Below are positions 8,347 through 18,771 of a stretch of 64,000 nucleotides of DNA, in pieces. The translations under genes were made by a program, and so were the position numbers. This stretch comes from Ostreococcus lucimarinus (taxonomy: Eukaryota), in the NCBI GenBank assembly GCA_000092065.1, contig CP000585.1; one strand, 5' to 3'. How positions within the stretch are numbered: the first letter of the stretch is position 1; each line of letters begins with the position of its first letter. The notes beneath the pieces were generated by a model. It saw nothing but the letters and a program-made list of their open reading frames with translations, searched no databases and was not told the DNA's origin.

Positions 8347-9963
8347 ATGATCTCCAGCCTCGCCTGGGTGCCTCCCGGCGCCGCGAGCGCGTCGCCCAAG
8401 TACGCGGACGTCCCCGAAGAGGAGCTCGAGCGGCTCGCGCATCGCGCGCGCGACGTCGCGCGTCGCCGCGACTCGCGACGGCGCGACTCCGACGCCTCGG
8501 ACGCGTCGGAAGACGAGGATGGGATGACGGACGATGATTCGGACGCGTCGAGCGGCGACGCGTCGGACGAGAGCGACTGGGAAGAGGTCGAGGCGGACGC
8601 GGAGGAGGATTTGGACGAAATGGCGGCGGACGAAGAAGACGCGAAAGAAACGACGACCAAGGCGGTGGCGAAGGCGAAGGCGGTGGCGAAAGCGGCGAAA
8701 GGAATGGTTGATGATCTCGCGGAACTGAACATGGACGCGTACGACGATGAAGAGGAGGATGAACGCGCGGCGGCGGGACGGTTGTTCGGAAGCGGACGCA
8801 TGACGCACTACGACGGAAACGAGGACGATCCGTACATGACGATTAAGGATAGCGATGACGACGAGGATGAGATGCCGGACGATATGACGATGGCGGAGAC
8901 GGATTTGGTGATATTGGCGGCGCGAACGGACGAGGATGTGTCGCATTTGGAGGTGTGGGTGTACGAGGAGGCGGGAGTGACGGGGAACGCGGAGACGAAT
9001 TTGTACGTGCATCACGACGTGCTTTTACCGGCGTTTCCGTTGAGTGTGGCGTGGATGAATTGCGCACCCAAGAGCGGGACGAATGAAGTCAACTGTGCGG
9101 CGATCGGGACGATGTATCCAGGGATCGAGATTTGGGATTTGGATTGCGTGGACGCCGTCGAGCCGGTGACGACGCTGGGGGGATATTCAGACGAGGCGAT
9201 CAAGGCTGCGAGTAAAAAGGGTAAGAAGGGCGGCAAGAAAGAGTCGAAAGCGTTGAAAGGCGGCTCACACGAAGACGCCGTCATGGGATTGTCGTGGAAT
9301 CGCGAGTTTAGAAACGTCCTGGCGTCGGCGAGCGCCGACACGACGGTTAAGATTTGGGACATCGCGACGGAAACCGCCTCGCAAACGCTGAATCATCACA
9401 AAGGGAAAGTGCAGGCGTGCGAATGGAACCCAGCTGAACCTACTGTGCTTCTCACAGGATCTTACGATAAAACGGCTCAAGTTGTAGACGTCCGCGCGCC
9501 CGATAATGCATCACTTACGTGGAAAGTCGGCGCCGACGTCGAGAGCGCAATTTGGCACGTCGGATCGCCGACGCAGTTTTTAGTATCGAACGAAGATGGG
9601 CTCGTGATGTGCTTCGATACACGCATGGGATCAAAGTCGGACTGTGTTTTCAAGCTCCAGGCGCACGACAAGGCCACAACAGGGCTGAGCATGGCGTCTG
9701 GTGCGCCCAACCTATTGACGACGTGCTCCACGGACAAGTCGATCAAATTGTGGGATTTGAACGATGGTAAACCGTCCTTACTGTGTCAGCACTCTCCTCA
9801 AGTGGGAGCTATTTTTGCGTGTGGATTTTCGCCTTCGGTGCCGTATTTGATAGCCGCCGCTGGCTCCAAGGGCACCGTGGCGGTTTGGGACATCCTGTCG
9901 GAAGCCGCAGTCAAGCAAACTCACGGAAAAACTCTCGAACAATACTATCGCGTGTCAAAGTAA
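8347..9963 (+). CDS. PWP1: Periodic tryptophan protein 1 (PWP1), WD40 repeat ribosome-biogenesis factor
   Basis: The N-terminus MISSLAWVPPGAAS is the SSLAWVPRG motif of PWP1. There is an acidic Asp/Glu tract, then WD40 repeats (SWNREFRNVLASASADTTVKIWD, GSYDKTAQVVDVR, CSTDKSIKLWD). It is a full single-exon ORF of 538 aa. Confidence 0.8.
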   Translation: MISSLAWVPPGAASASPKYADVPEEELERLAHRARDVARRRDSRRRDSDASDASEDEDGMTDDDSDASSGDASDESDWEEVEADAEEDLDEMAADEEDAKETTTKAVAKAKAVAKAAKGMVDDLAELNMDAYDDEEEDERAAAGRLFGSGRMTHYDGNEDDPYMTIKDSDDDEDEMPDDMTMAETDLVILAARTDEDVSHLEVWVYEEAGVTGNAETNLYVHHDVLLPAFPLSVAWMNCAPKSGTNEVNCAAIGTMYPGIEIWDLDCVDAVEPVTTLGGYSDEAIKAASKKGKKGGKKESKALKGGSHEDAVMGLSWNREFRNVLASASADTTVKIWDIATETASQTLNHHKGKVQACEWNPAEPTVLLTGSYDKTAQVVDVRAPDNASLTWKVGADVESAIWHVGSPTQFLVSNEDGLVMCFDTRMGSKSDCVFKLQAHDKATTGLSMASGAPNLLTTCSTDKSIKLWDLNDGKPSLLCQHSPQVGAIFACGFSPSVPYLIAAAGSKGTVAVWDILSEAAVKQTHGKTLEQYYRVSK

Positions 9964-9997
9964 TAAAAACTACCAATCACTAGATTTCACTACAAAG

Positions 9998-12268
9998 TTA
10001 CGCGTTCAACTGTCGCGTGAGGGTCTCAAACTTCTCTTGAAGAAGCTTTTCGCGCGTTCGCGCGGCTTCCACAAGCTCGAGCCAGTATTCGATTCTATTA
10101 GGCGCTGCGCGTTCTTCTTGCACGTGCAAAACGGCGTAAGACGCCGCCTCAGTGGACAAAGCCTTGACTTCCTCCACAGTCTTCTTCAGTTTGTTGCACA
10201 ATTCTCCATTCCGCTTCTGAAGCCCGGCCGTGAGGAGGATACATTTTTGCTCCAACTTGGCTGCGCGTTTTGCGTCCTTCTCCATTTCCCCTCTAACGAG
10301 TTCGAAAGTCGCTTTTGCCGCTTCGAGCTGTTGTTCTTTCGACGCTTCATCGACAGAGATCTGCGCATTGAGACTCGGTACGAAAATAAGTTTCTTCCGC
10401 TCCGCGACGAGCGCAGCGGAGAAGGCTTCGGCGAAATCTTCTCTCGACACGTTTTGCTCTCGCAACATCTCATCAGCCTCCGTATCGACGAGTCGACGGG
10501 CCGCCACGAGCAAAGATTCGTCAAAATCTTCGAGTGCGGGCGCGGACTTGGACTTCTTGCCATATTTGGCGATGTCGTTCTCAAGCAAGGCGTGCGCCTC
10601 TTCGTTGACGAGCTTCGAAATCGAATCCTCGGCGAGCGGCGCGACTGGCGTCAACTCAGTCGGTCGAGGTAAATCGCGCTGGACAGCTTGGGAGCGCTTA
10701 CGGCGTTGAATCGCTTCATACTCCGCCAAGGCCGCGGCTTCGCGCGCACGAACGTCGGCTTCATCTTCCACGACGGCGTCCTCCATCGGCTCGTCTTCCA
10801 TCGGCTCGTCTGGGAGATCAATTTGATATTCGTTTTGTGGCTTCGGAAGCGACATGAACGCACTCTTCAATGAGGCAGCAGTCGACGCAGTGTGTGCACG
10901 TCGCTCTCGCGCCGAGAGATCGCCGAAGTGCGAGGCATACTGGTCGTTGATGTTCAATCCGTCGCGAATGGGCGTTTGCCCGTGCAGTGACGGCGTCGCG
11001 CCCATGTGCGAGCTCACATCACTTCGCGACGGCGTCGGTGCCGCTTTCGCGTGGCTTGGCGTCGCACCAGCAAAGTCAGTGGGCATGACGGCCGCCGCCT
11101 CTTCAGCACCACCGAATAAAGTCGACTGTTGTTGACGTCGGGCGGCTTGCTGCTGGGCCTCGATCAAAATCGCGTCGCCCCCGACTTGAGGCGTTCGCAT
11201 CGGCGTTCGCCCGGCTAATCCGGACGAGGTCGCCGGCGTTTGCCCGTATGATCCTAATAGCCCAGATGCAGGCGTCGCGCTGCCGTCGTCGAGCAAGCCG
11301 ACGCCTCCTTTGCCAATCTTTGCGATGTCCTCCAGCTCTCGGTCAGACACTTGCGGCGTCGGTAACATGAGCTTCGATCGTCGAAAAAACGACGCGTCGT
11401 TCACTTTGAGCGCTTGTTGTACTGCACCGGGCATATCGCGACGCTCTTGCATTTTCTGTTTCGCCGCCTCACGCTTCTTGCTCTCTTCGTCTAATTGCTT
11501 TGCGCTCTTCTTCCCTTCGAGCTCGGCGAGCGAAATTGGTTTAAACACCTTTGCAGATTGCTGCTTTGCAAATGCTTCGTCTTCTTCGCGCGTATCGTAC
11601 ATCACTGCGTCCGGCTTTCGTTCAAACGCGATTTCGGCGTTGTAATCCACGCCTCGAACGCGCTTTGCGCGCCGCACGTGTGCGATTCCTGCCGCCTTCA
11701 GTTCGCGCTTCTTTTGCAACTCAGCCAACCTTCTCGCCTCCTCCAACTGCTTCTCCCGTGCTTTTCGCTTCGCTTTTTTACCCTTCGTGTTCGCAAGTCT
11801 CGCTCGAGCCTCAGCGAGCATCTCCTTCTCGTCTTCATCCATATCCACCGCATCCGGTTTCGCCGGCTTCGTCTCTGGGTTAGGGTCAATTTCCCCCGGA
11901 CGCAGTCTTCTCGGATCATCTCCGGCGTCGTAATCGTCATCCTTCGCGCACGCCGCATCGAGTAACTTCTCATATCTCTCCAAGCACTGACTCGGCGTCC
12001 GTCCGACCACGGGCGCGATCGTTCTCCACTGCGTCGGCATCAATTTCGCCAGGTGCAGCAGCTTTTCGTCCTCCTCCCGCGTCCACTCCGTCTTTTTGAT
12101 GCTCGGATCGAGCCATTCGAACCATCGCGCTTTGCACTGCTTCGCCGACTTCCGATTCAACAGCGACGCGATTCTCGGCCACTGGTTCTTGCCGTACTTC
12201 ATCACCGCCGCCTTTAAGATCTCATCTTCGGTGTTTTTCCACACGCCGCCTTTGATTTGGATGCGCAT
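9998..12268 (-). CDS. CDC5: Cell division cycle 5-like protein (CDC5/CEF1), Myb-domain pre-mRNA splicing factor
   Basis: MRIQIKGGVWKNTEDEILKAAVMKYGKNQWPRIASLLNRKSAKQCKARWFEWLDPSIKKTEWTREEDEKLLHLAKLMPTQWRTIAPVVGRTPSQCLERYEKLL is near-identical to the CDC5L N-terminal tandem Myb repeats. It is a 756-aa single-exon ORF. Confidence 0.85.
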   Translation of the reverse strand: MRIQIKGGVWKNTEDEILKAAVMKYGKNQWPRIASLLNRKSAKQCKARWFEWLDPSIKKTEWTREEDEKLLHLAKLMPTQWRTIAPVVGRTPSQCLERYEKLLDAACAKDDDYDAGDDPRRLRPGEIDPNPETKPAKPDAVDMDEDEKEMLAEARARLANTKGKKAKRKAREKQLEEARRLAELQKKRELKAAGIAHVRRAKRVRGVDYNAEIAFERKPDAVMYDTREEDEAFAKQQSAKVFKPISLAELEGKKSAKQLDEESKKREAAKQKMQERRDMPGAVQQALKVNDASFFRRSKLMLPTPQVSDRELEDIAKIGKGGVGLLDDGSATPASGLLGSYGQTPATSSGLAGRTPMRTPQVGGDAILIEAQQQAARRQQQSTLFGGAEEAAAVMPTDFAGATPSHAKAAPTPSRSDVSSHMGATPSLHGQTPIRDGLNINDQYASHFGDLSARERRAHTASTAASLKSAFMSLPKPQNEYQIDLPDEPMEDEPMEDAVVEDEADVRAREAAALAEYEAIQRRKRSQAVQRDLPRPTELTPVAPLAEDSISKLVNEEAHALLENDIAKYGKKSKSAPALEDFDESLLVAARRLVDTEADEMLREQNVSREDFAEAFSAALVAERKKLIFVPSLNAQISVDEASKEQQLEAAKATFELVRGEMEKDAKRAAKLEQKCILLTAGLQKRNGELCNKLKKTVEEVKALSTEAASYAVLHVQEERAAPNRIEYWLELVEAARTREKLLQEKFETLTRQLNA

Positions 12269-12603
12269 GGTTCGCGTCTCTCTTCCGTCGTCGTCGGCGT
12301 CGTCGTTCGCACGAAGGGCGCGGCGCTGAAAGCGTCTTTACCTTCGTCTTCGTCGCGAGACCGCGCGCGTCGGTCGGTCGGTCGTGACGCGCGCGCGCGA
12401 CTGGCGCACGATCGCGGGGCGAGAATGCGCCGGCGAGGCGGCGAGACGCAAGGTTGCTTGTTATTATTTCAACGCGGCGGCGCCGAGGCCCCTACGCGAC
12501 GCGTCGTGCGCCGTGATAAGTAGTAAAGTATACGAAAGCGCATATTAAGTCGCAACATCGCTTCGGACGACCGAAGGAGTGCGTTATTGACGTTTACGTT
12601 AAT

Positions 12604-12677
12604 GACTGTTAACGACGACGACTGTTCGACGCCGGTTATTGACTGTTAACGACGACGACTGTTCGACGCCGGTTATT
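12604..12677. repeat. Tandem duplication of a 37-bp unit (GACTGTTAACGACGACGACTGTTCGACGCCGGTTATT x2)
   Basis: Two adjacent identical copies were read directly in the sequence. They lie in the 3' flank of the AMT gene and the 5' flank of CDC5. Confidence 0.8.
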
Positions 12678-12693
12678 GAGGGGAGTAATATCG

Positions 12694-13950
12694 TTAGACG
12701 TTGACGGCGCCGCCCTTCTTGGAGCCGCTCGGGTCTTCACTGTACGCCTTCGCGCCGTGCATGGAGACGTCCAAGCCCATCCTGCGGTCGCCTTCGCGGG
12801 GGACGACATCCATGAACTTTTCGAGAACCTTGATGATGGCGTAGCCCATGACGAAGGAGTACGCGGCGCAGCCGACGGCGGCGAGCAGCTGCTTGCCGAA
12901 GAGCTTACCGCCAGCTTCGAAGGCATTCCCAGTCATGGCGGCGCTGGAGAAGATGCCGACGCAGAGGGTACCGAAGAAACCACCCATACCGTGCACGGCC
13001 CACACATCGAGCGCGTCGTCGAGGTTGTACTTCTTCGTGAGTTCGATGCACGCGTAGCACCACGGCACGCAGAGCGTACCGATGGTGAGCGCGGCCCACG
13101 GCTTGACGTACGCGGCGCACGGCGTGATGGTGGCCAAACCAGCGATAGCGCCGACGCAGGCGCCAACAAGGGTGGGCTTGCCTTCCATCTTCCACTCGAG
13201 CATGAGCCAGAAGAAGAGAGCGGCGGAGGCGGAGATTTCAGAGTTCATCGCGGCGAGCGCGGCCGACTCGTTCGCCGCAAGGGCGGAGCCGCCGTTGAAA
13301 CCGAACCAGCCGAACCAGAGAAGACCGGTGCCGAGGGCAACGAAAGGGATGTTGTGCGGGTTGGTGTCGACGTCGTCACCCTCGAGCTTTCGGCGGTTGG
13401 GCAGCGCCACGACGGTGGCCAAGGCGGAGAAGCCCGCGGTGATGTGCACGACGATGCCGCCGGCGAAATCCTTGACGCCGTTGCGAGCCATCCAGCCCCC
13501 GCCCCACACCCAGTGGGCGAACGGGAAGTACACCAAGTGCACCCAGAAGAAGATGAACAGGACGTACGGCACGAATCGCACGCGATCCGCGAACGCGCCC
13601 GTCATCAGGCTCGGCGCGATGACGGCGAACATGCCTTGGAATCCCGCGAACACGAGCCCCGGCATCCCCTCGGCGTACGGCAATTCTTGCGTCGCCAAGT
13701 TTTCCAGGAAGTAGTGCGTGCGCGCGCTGCCGATCACGCCGTTCTTCGACGTCCCGAAGCACAGCGAGTACCCCCAGACGGCCCAAACCAGCGTGATCAA
13801 TCCCATCGACACGTAATTTTGCATCATGATCGTCAGCACGTTGGACGATCGCACGAGACCGCCGTAGAAGAACGCCAGTCCCGGCGTCATGAGGTTCACG
13901 AGCGCCATGGAGACGATCATGAACGCGGTGGTGCCCGCATCGATGGCCAT
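12694..13950 (-). CDS. AMT: Ammonium transporter, Amt/MEP family
   Basis: The 418-aa ORF has 11 predicted TM helices and Amt signature blocks (GLAFFYGGLVR, FAGGIVVHITAGFSAL, MGGFFGTLCVGIF). An AT-rich region with TATATATTA lies about 100 bp upstream at 14044-14060. Confidence 0.85.
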   Translation of the reverse strand: MAIDAGTTAFMIVSMALVNLMTPGLAFFYGGLVRSSNVLTIMMQNYVSMGLITLVWAVWGYSLCFGTSKNGVIGSARTHYFLENLATQELPYAEGMPGLVFAGFQGMFAVIAPSLMTGAFADRVRFVPYVLFIFFWVHLVYFPFAHWVWGGGWMARNGVKDFAGGIVVHITAGFSALATVVALPNRRKLEGDDVDTNPHNIPFVALGTGLLWFGWFGFNGGSALAANESAALAAMNSEISASAALFFWLMLEWKMEGKPTLVGACVGAIAGLATITPCAAYVKPWAALTIGTLCVPWCYACIELTKKYNLDDALDVWAVHGMGGFFGTLCVGIFSSAAMTGNAFEAGGKLFGKQLLAAVGCAAYSFVMGYAIIKVLEKFMDVVPREGDRRMGLDVSMHGAKAYSEDPSGSKKGGAVNV

Positions 13951-14043
13951 CTTCGCTCGCTCGCGTGCGGCGCGCTGTTCTGCGGCGCTGTGCTGCGGCG
14001 CGCGCCGCCGCGTCGGCGCGAACCGCCGCGCGTCCGAACGAAA

Positions 14044-14060
14044 TCTATATCTATATATTA
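14044..14060 (-). promoter_or_regulatory. AT-rich TATA-like element (TATATCTATATATTA) upstream of the ammonium transporter gene
   Basis: It lies in the only strongly AT-rich stretch of the 13951-14220 intergenic region, about 100 bp upstream of the AMT start codon on the minus strand. Confidence 0.35.
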
Positions 14061-14820
14061 GAAGGCTTTAAATACGTATTTCTCTGTGAGTATGATTTAT
14101 CTTGCGTGTAGATACTGTATGTACAAACAGTGACACATTAGATACGACGCCCCGGGGGAACTTCGGCGAATTCAATCGACACCGCCGCGCGCGCGCCATC
14201 GAGCGACGCGGGCGGCGCGCATGTCGCGCGCGCGCGCGAGATGCGACGCGATGCCGTCGACGATCGCACCCCGCGCGCCCGCGCGCGCGTTCGCGTCCAA
14301 ACGCGCGCTGGACGCGATGCGAAAGCTGCGCGAACGATGCGACGACGGGCGTCGCGCGGTGCGCGACGCGCTCGCGGCGAGCGCGGACGCGCTCCGAGGG
14401 ACGCGCGCGAGCGCGAAGGAGACGGAGACGGCGATGGAGGCGTTCGTGAACGGGGCGAGGGAGGTGCTGACGCGATCGGGCGATCGGACGGGGGTGGGGA
14501 AGGAGAACGAGAGGTGCGACGCGGCGACGCGAGCGACGCGCCAACAGTTATCTCGCGAGACGCGAGGACGAGACGAGAGACGAACGGGACGGGCGCGATG
14601 GACGACGCGGGAGGGCGGTCGAGGGATGAAATCAATTGTGGTGACGCGTGGATCAGCGCGATCGGTGGTCAGAGCTCGAGGCGCGCGAGGGTGAAGACGA
14701 ATGGAAGACTGACGACGAAGACGCGCCGCGCGGCGCGCGACGGCGACGCGCAGCGCGAAAGCGACGACGACGACGCGCGGGAGCGCGAGGAAGAGCGGCG
14801 GCGCGCACGCCTCGAAAGGT

Positions 14821-16707
14821 GTGACGCCTGGTAAGGGGTTACGCGCGAGAGGGGGGGAGAATGTTGGGGATTCGAAGGGAGAGACGGCGAGGGCGAGGGC
14901 GACGGATGGCGCGACGGTTCCCCCCGAGGCGAGCGCGAGCGAGGCGAGCGAGGGACGAACGGTTGAGGTTAGCGGTGCGGGCGGCGAGGAAACGGGCGCG
15001 AACAAGTCTGAAAAAGATGGCGTGATGGCCGATGACACTGCGCGAGACGGTGGACATTCGACCGAGGCGTCTGGCGGCGCGCGCGTATCCGCGGCGCGCG
15101 CGTACGCCGACGTGCAGACGCCAAAGAACGTGAAGAAGATTGCGTGGCAAACCGCGGGGGCGTCGAACGAGCGCGTGACGAGAAAGAGTATGCGAAGTGC
15201 GACGCGGGGCGGTGCGCCGGTTTCGACGGTGAAGAACGTGAACGAAGATGCTGAGATGAAGGACGGCGCGGCGCCGCTCGACGACGCGCCGAAGAGCAAA
15301 TCTGTCGACGCCGCGAAGATTGAAGAGCAGCAGGATCCATCCTCGGCCGGGCAGTCGAGCGAAAAGCGGAAGCGCGCCAAAGCGCGAGCAAACGGTATGG
15401 CTTTTCTTAAGGCTGATATCCCCGCGCTCGCCGCACAGAATCCCAAAGCCGGCGGCGCGGTGGTTTCGACCGAGTTGAGAATTTCCCCCCGCACGCTCGC
15501 GATGGACAAGGCAAAGCAGAGTGCGTCGAAGGAACCCGCGGCGGCACCAGGGACGGCGACGATGACGTCTGAATCGAAAGAACCCGCATCAGCGCCCACA
15601 GTGGTGGCACCCGTCCTAGCGCCGCGCACCGTCGCTCCCAAGCATCCAGTCGATCAGCGCAGTTTGATGGAGTCGTTTATGATTCAGCCTGAGAATGTAT
15701 CGGCCGCGGTCGATCTCGCACCGTTGTCATCGTTCCAAAAAATGTCGGCGACGCCTTCTCAGGTGAAGGCTTTCCAATCTATGAGCTTGAACACGCCTTC
15801 TCACCAGGCAACTCTCGGCGAGCAATCCGCGCAACGTCCCAAACCGCCGTCTTCGCTGGCGCCGGTGACGACGGCGGCTGAGGCGAACGATGTCATGAGT
15901 CGACTCAAGCGCGCGATGGAGGCTCGATCACGCGCGGACGAAGAGAACAAGCGTCAATTAGAGAGTGCGCTTCGACAAAAGGAAGAAGAGCGCAAGCGAC
16001 GCGAGATGGAGATGCAGGCGCGAAAGGCCAAGCAAGCTGATCAGGAAGCGCGCGAGCGAGAAGAACGACGCCTGCGTCAAGAGCGTTTGGCTCAGTTTCG
16101 ACTTCAAGAAGAAGAGGCGCAACGAAAGGCGGCGATGGAGAAGAGTAAGTGGGCAAAGATGCTTGAGGAACAAAAGAAGGCGACGTTTGACGTGTCGACG
16201 AAGCCAATGCCAGTGTCGTTGAAACGCACGAGCGGTCAATCTGGTTTCACGTCTTCCGCTTCTCACGAAGCAGAAAAGCGTCGCCGACTGCTCGAGAACG
16301 CGCAAGCGGCAATTCATGGCCATTCCCATCAATCTTCGGCCGCCATGCGCACACCCACTCGCTCCATCTTCAGGACCAATTTTGCTTCGTCTTCGTCGCA
16401 GCAGCAACGCACGCCGTTGGATTCGTATCCGATTTCACCCTATTGCAGCAGCGACAGCGAAGACGATGAGCGACCGAAAAAAATGATCCCGGGATGGGCT
16501 CGTGGCGACGCCCTCGTTCCCCAGTTGAAAGCGCAGTCTTATGTGGACCCGGATGACATCTTCCCGAACCCCAGCCTCACGTGCAGCCTCGGCAAAATCT
16601 TCAAAAAGTCTAGCCACGACCGCCGACGTAGCAGTAGCAACTGGGCGCACGACAGGTTAACGCTCCAAGAGGAGTTAAGTTACAAGCAAAAGATGGGATT
16701 TCGCTAA
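14821..16707 (+). CDS. INCENP: Inner centromere protein (INCENP)-like, with SAH coiled-coil and C-terminal IN-box; the 5' end is uncertain
   Basis: The C-terminus IPGWARGDALVPQLKAQSYVDPDDIFPNPSLTCSLGKIFKKSS...RRRSSSNWAHDRLTLQEELSYKQKMGF matches the Aurora-B-binding IN-box (IP.WA.G..L..A...Q...dp..IFg....c.LeeIF....R.SSa.W). It is preceded by an ER/K-rich single alpha helix. The track ORF begins at a GTG and has no in-frame ATG for about 200 nt. See the finding proposing an upstream exon at 14221..14513. Confidence 0.6.
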   Translation: MTPGKGLRARGGENVGDSKGETARARATDGATVPPEASASEASEGRTVEVSGAGGEETGANKSEKDGVMADDTARDGGHSTEASGGARVSAARAYADVQTPKNVKKIAWQTAGASNERVTRKSMRSATRGGAPVSTVKNVNEDAEMKDGAAPLDDAPKSKSVDAAKIEEQQDPSSAGQSSEKRKRAKARANGMAFLKADIPALAAQNPKAGGAVVSTELRISPRTLAMDKAKQSASKEPAAAPGTATMTSESKEPASAPTVVAPVLAPRTVAPKHPVDQRSLMESFMIQPENVSAAVDLAPLSSFQKMSATPSQVKAFQSMSLNTPSHQATLGEQSAQRPKPPSSLAPVTTAAEANDVMSRLKRAMEARSRADEENKRQLESALRQKEEERKRREMEMQARKAKQADQEAREREERRLRQERLAQFRLQEEEAQRKAAMEKSKWAKMLEEQKKATFDVSTKPMPVSLKRTSGQSGFTSSASHEAEKRRRLLENAQAAIHGHSHQSSAAMRTPTRSIFRTNFASSSSQQQRTPLDSYPISPYCSSDSEDDERPKKMIPGWARGDALVPQLKAQSYVDPDDIFPNPSLTCSLGKIFKKSSHDRRRSSSNWAHDRLTLQEELSYKQKMGFR

Positions 16708-16781
16708 CATTATTCTAGCAATGTAAACGATACGCTACATACGGTACTGCTGTTCGCTTGCTCGCTCGCTTACTCGCTCGC

Positions 16782-18590
16782 CTATGTCTTGACGGGATGG
16801 CCGTTTTCATCCAAACCTTCGACGCGCGGAAAGAGAGCGAGCTTTTCAACCTTAGTTCCCGGCTTCAATCCGCCCCATTTCGTTCGTTGTGCGATCGATC
16901 CCTCACCAAGGCCGACTCCAGCGTCGAATTCCGCCATCTTGTTGGGCATCAAAGGCTCCAACAACACCGCGGCGATGCGAAGCGCTTCGAGGCACTGGTA
17001 CAAACAAGCCGCCAATTCGGCGCTCTTTGACTCGTCCTTAGCCATGCGGAAAGGCTCGGTTTCCGTGATGAATAAATCGACATCCATGACGATGTTTTTC
17101 GCCGCCGCTGCGGCGCGAGGAAGGTCCAACTTGTCGTACGCCGTCAACGCGTCTTGAACGTGCGCGCTCGTGCGCGCCGGCCAGTCCCAGTTATCGAACG
17201 TCACCCGCGCACCGTTCGCCTCTTCGCTTCGCACTTCGCCGTCGAAGTACTTGTTAATCATCGCGGTCGTACGACTGACGCTGTTACCCATGGTATTCAC
17301 TAGATCGCTCGAATAGATTTCTTGAACGCGTTCGGCGCTAAAGTTGGCGTCTTGCGCGCCGATCGGTCCTTCGACGGCGAGATAGTATCGCATCGCATCC
17401 AAACCGTAATGCTCCTTGAATCGATCCATGCAAGCCAAATCAACGAAGTTACCTAGTGATTTCGACATCTTGCGTCCCTCGCGAATCCAGAAAGCGTGCG
17501 CGTGCACGCGCTGAGGAAGCGGCAAATCGAGCGCCATGAGGAGCGCGGGCCAAATCACCGAGTGAAACCAAGAAATTTCCTTGGCCATGATGTGCATGCT
17601 CGCGGGCCAGTACTTGGATCGATCGGCGTAAACGATGGAATCCTTACCATCGCCAAGACCGATAGCGGTGATGTAATTCATCAACGCGTCGATCCACACG
17701 TAAATGACGTGCTTTTCGTCATCCGGCATCGGGATGCCCCACTTGAAGTTGGTACGCGAAATCGGCACGTCGTTCAACCCTTCATTCAATCGACCGATCA
17801 TCTCGTTACGCCTCGCGCTGGGCGTCAAAAAATCTGGGTTATCAGCGTGCAGCGCCTCGAGCTCCTTCTGGAACTTGCTCAATCGAAAGTAATAATTTTC
17901 CTCGCTCGAGCGAACCATATCCTTTCCGCTAATCGGGCTCTTGTAATCGAGCTCCTTCGCCTTGGATTCGGTGTAATACTCCTCTTGTCCTTCGTCGTAC
18001 CACCCCTCAAAGCGACCCAAGTACACCGCATCCTTCTCCTGCAGCACCTTCACCAACGCCCGCACTTGTCTCTCGTGATAATCATCCGTCGTGCGAATAA
18101 ACTCGTCGAAGGAAATATCGTACGCCGTCATGACGTCGCGAAACTTTTGACTATTCTCATCCGCCAACGCCTGCGGTTCGATCCCTCGCTTCTCCGCGCT
18201 TTGCTCCACCTTCAATCCGTGTTCATCCGTGCCCGTGAGAAAGAACACGTCCTCCCCACGCGCCCTTCGATACCTCGCGTACGCGTCCGCCACCGTCGAC
18301 GTGTACACGTGCCCGATGTGCGGCTGATCGTTCACGTAATATATCGGCGTCGTCACGAACGTCGGCCCTTCGCTCGCGCGCGCCGCGACCGCGCATCCCC
18401 GTCCGCGCGTCGTCGCTCGCGTCGTCGCCGCGCGCGCGACGCATCCGCGCGTCGCCGTCGCCGTCGCCGCCGTCGCCGTCGTCGTCACCGCCGTCGTCCG
18501 CGTTCGTCCCGCGACCGTCGTCGCGCGTCGCGCGCGCGCCGTCCGTCGCGACAGCATCATCACCCGCGACGTCGCGGACGCGAGCGCCAT
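16782..18590 (-). CDS. MARS: Methionyl-tRNA synthetase, organellar type
   Basis: [28 protein letters not shown] carries the class-I HIGH motif. [11 protein letters not shown] carries KMSKS. A Ser/Thr/Arg-rich presequence ([26 protein letters not shown]) starts at the first plausible ATG, 18590, inside track ORF 16782..19049. Confidence 0.8.
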   Translation of the reverse strand: MALASATSRVMMLSRRTARARRATTVAGRTRTTAVTTTATAATATATRGCVARAATTRATTRGRGCAVAARASEGPTFVTTPIYYVNDQPHIGHVYTSTVADAYARYRRARGEDVFFLTGTDEHGLKVEQSAEKRGIEPQALADENSQKFRDVMTAYDISFDEFIRTTDDYHERQVRALVKVLQEKDAVYLGRFEGWYDEGQEEYYTESKAKELDYKSPISGKDMVRSSEENYYFRLSKFQKELEALHADNPDFLTPSARRNEMIGRLNEGLNDVPISRTNFKWGIPMPDDEKHVIYVWIDALMNYITAIGLGDGKDSIVYADRSKYWPASMHIMAKEISWFHSVIWPALLMALDLPLPQRVHAHAFWIREGRKMSKSLGNFVDLACMDRFKEHYGLDAMRYYLAVEGPIGAQDANFSAERVQEIYSSDLVNTMGNSVSRTTAMINKYFDGEVRSEEANGARVTFDNWDWPARTSAHVQDALTAYDKLDLPRAAAAAKNIVMDVDLFITETEPFRMAKDESKSAELAACLYQCLEALRIAAVLLEPLMPNKMAEFDAGVGLGEGSIAQRTKWGGLKPGTKVEKLALFPRVEGLDENGHPVKT

Positions 18591-18771
18591 CGCGCGCCGT
18601 CTCGCGCGTCGACGCGTGGCGCCGGCGTCGACGCCGCGCGCGCGTCCGACCGCGCGAGATTTCGCCGCGCGAGGGCGAACGCTGGTTTCGCCACTCGAGG
18701 GCGAAAAGACGGATTCGGATTCGAACGCGCGTCGCGACGGGCGCGACCGGCGCACGTCGACGCGCGCCGCG

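Noticed and set aside
14068-14820. The region 14068-14820 as an independent gene (ORFs 14102..14449, 14138..14635, 14241..14834).
   Set aside because: The ORFs are Arg- and Asp-rich shadows. The only plausible coding frame (14221..14513) is better explained as an upstream exon of the INCENP-like gene (see finding).
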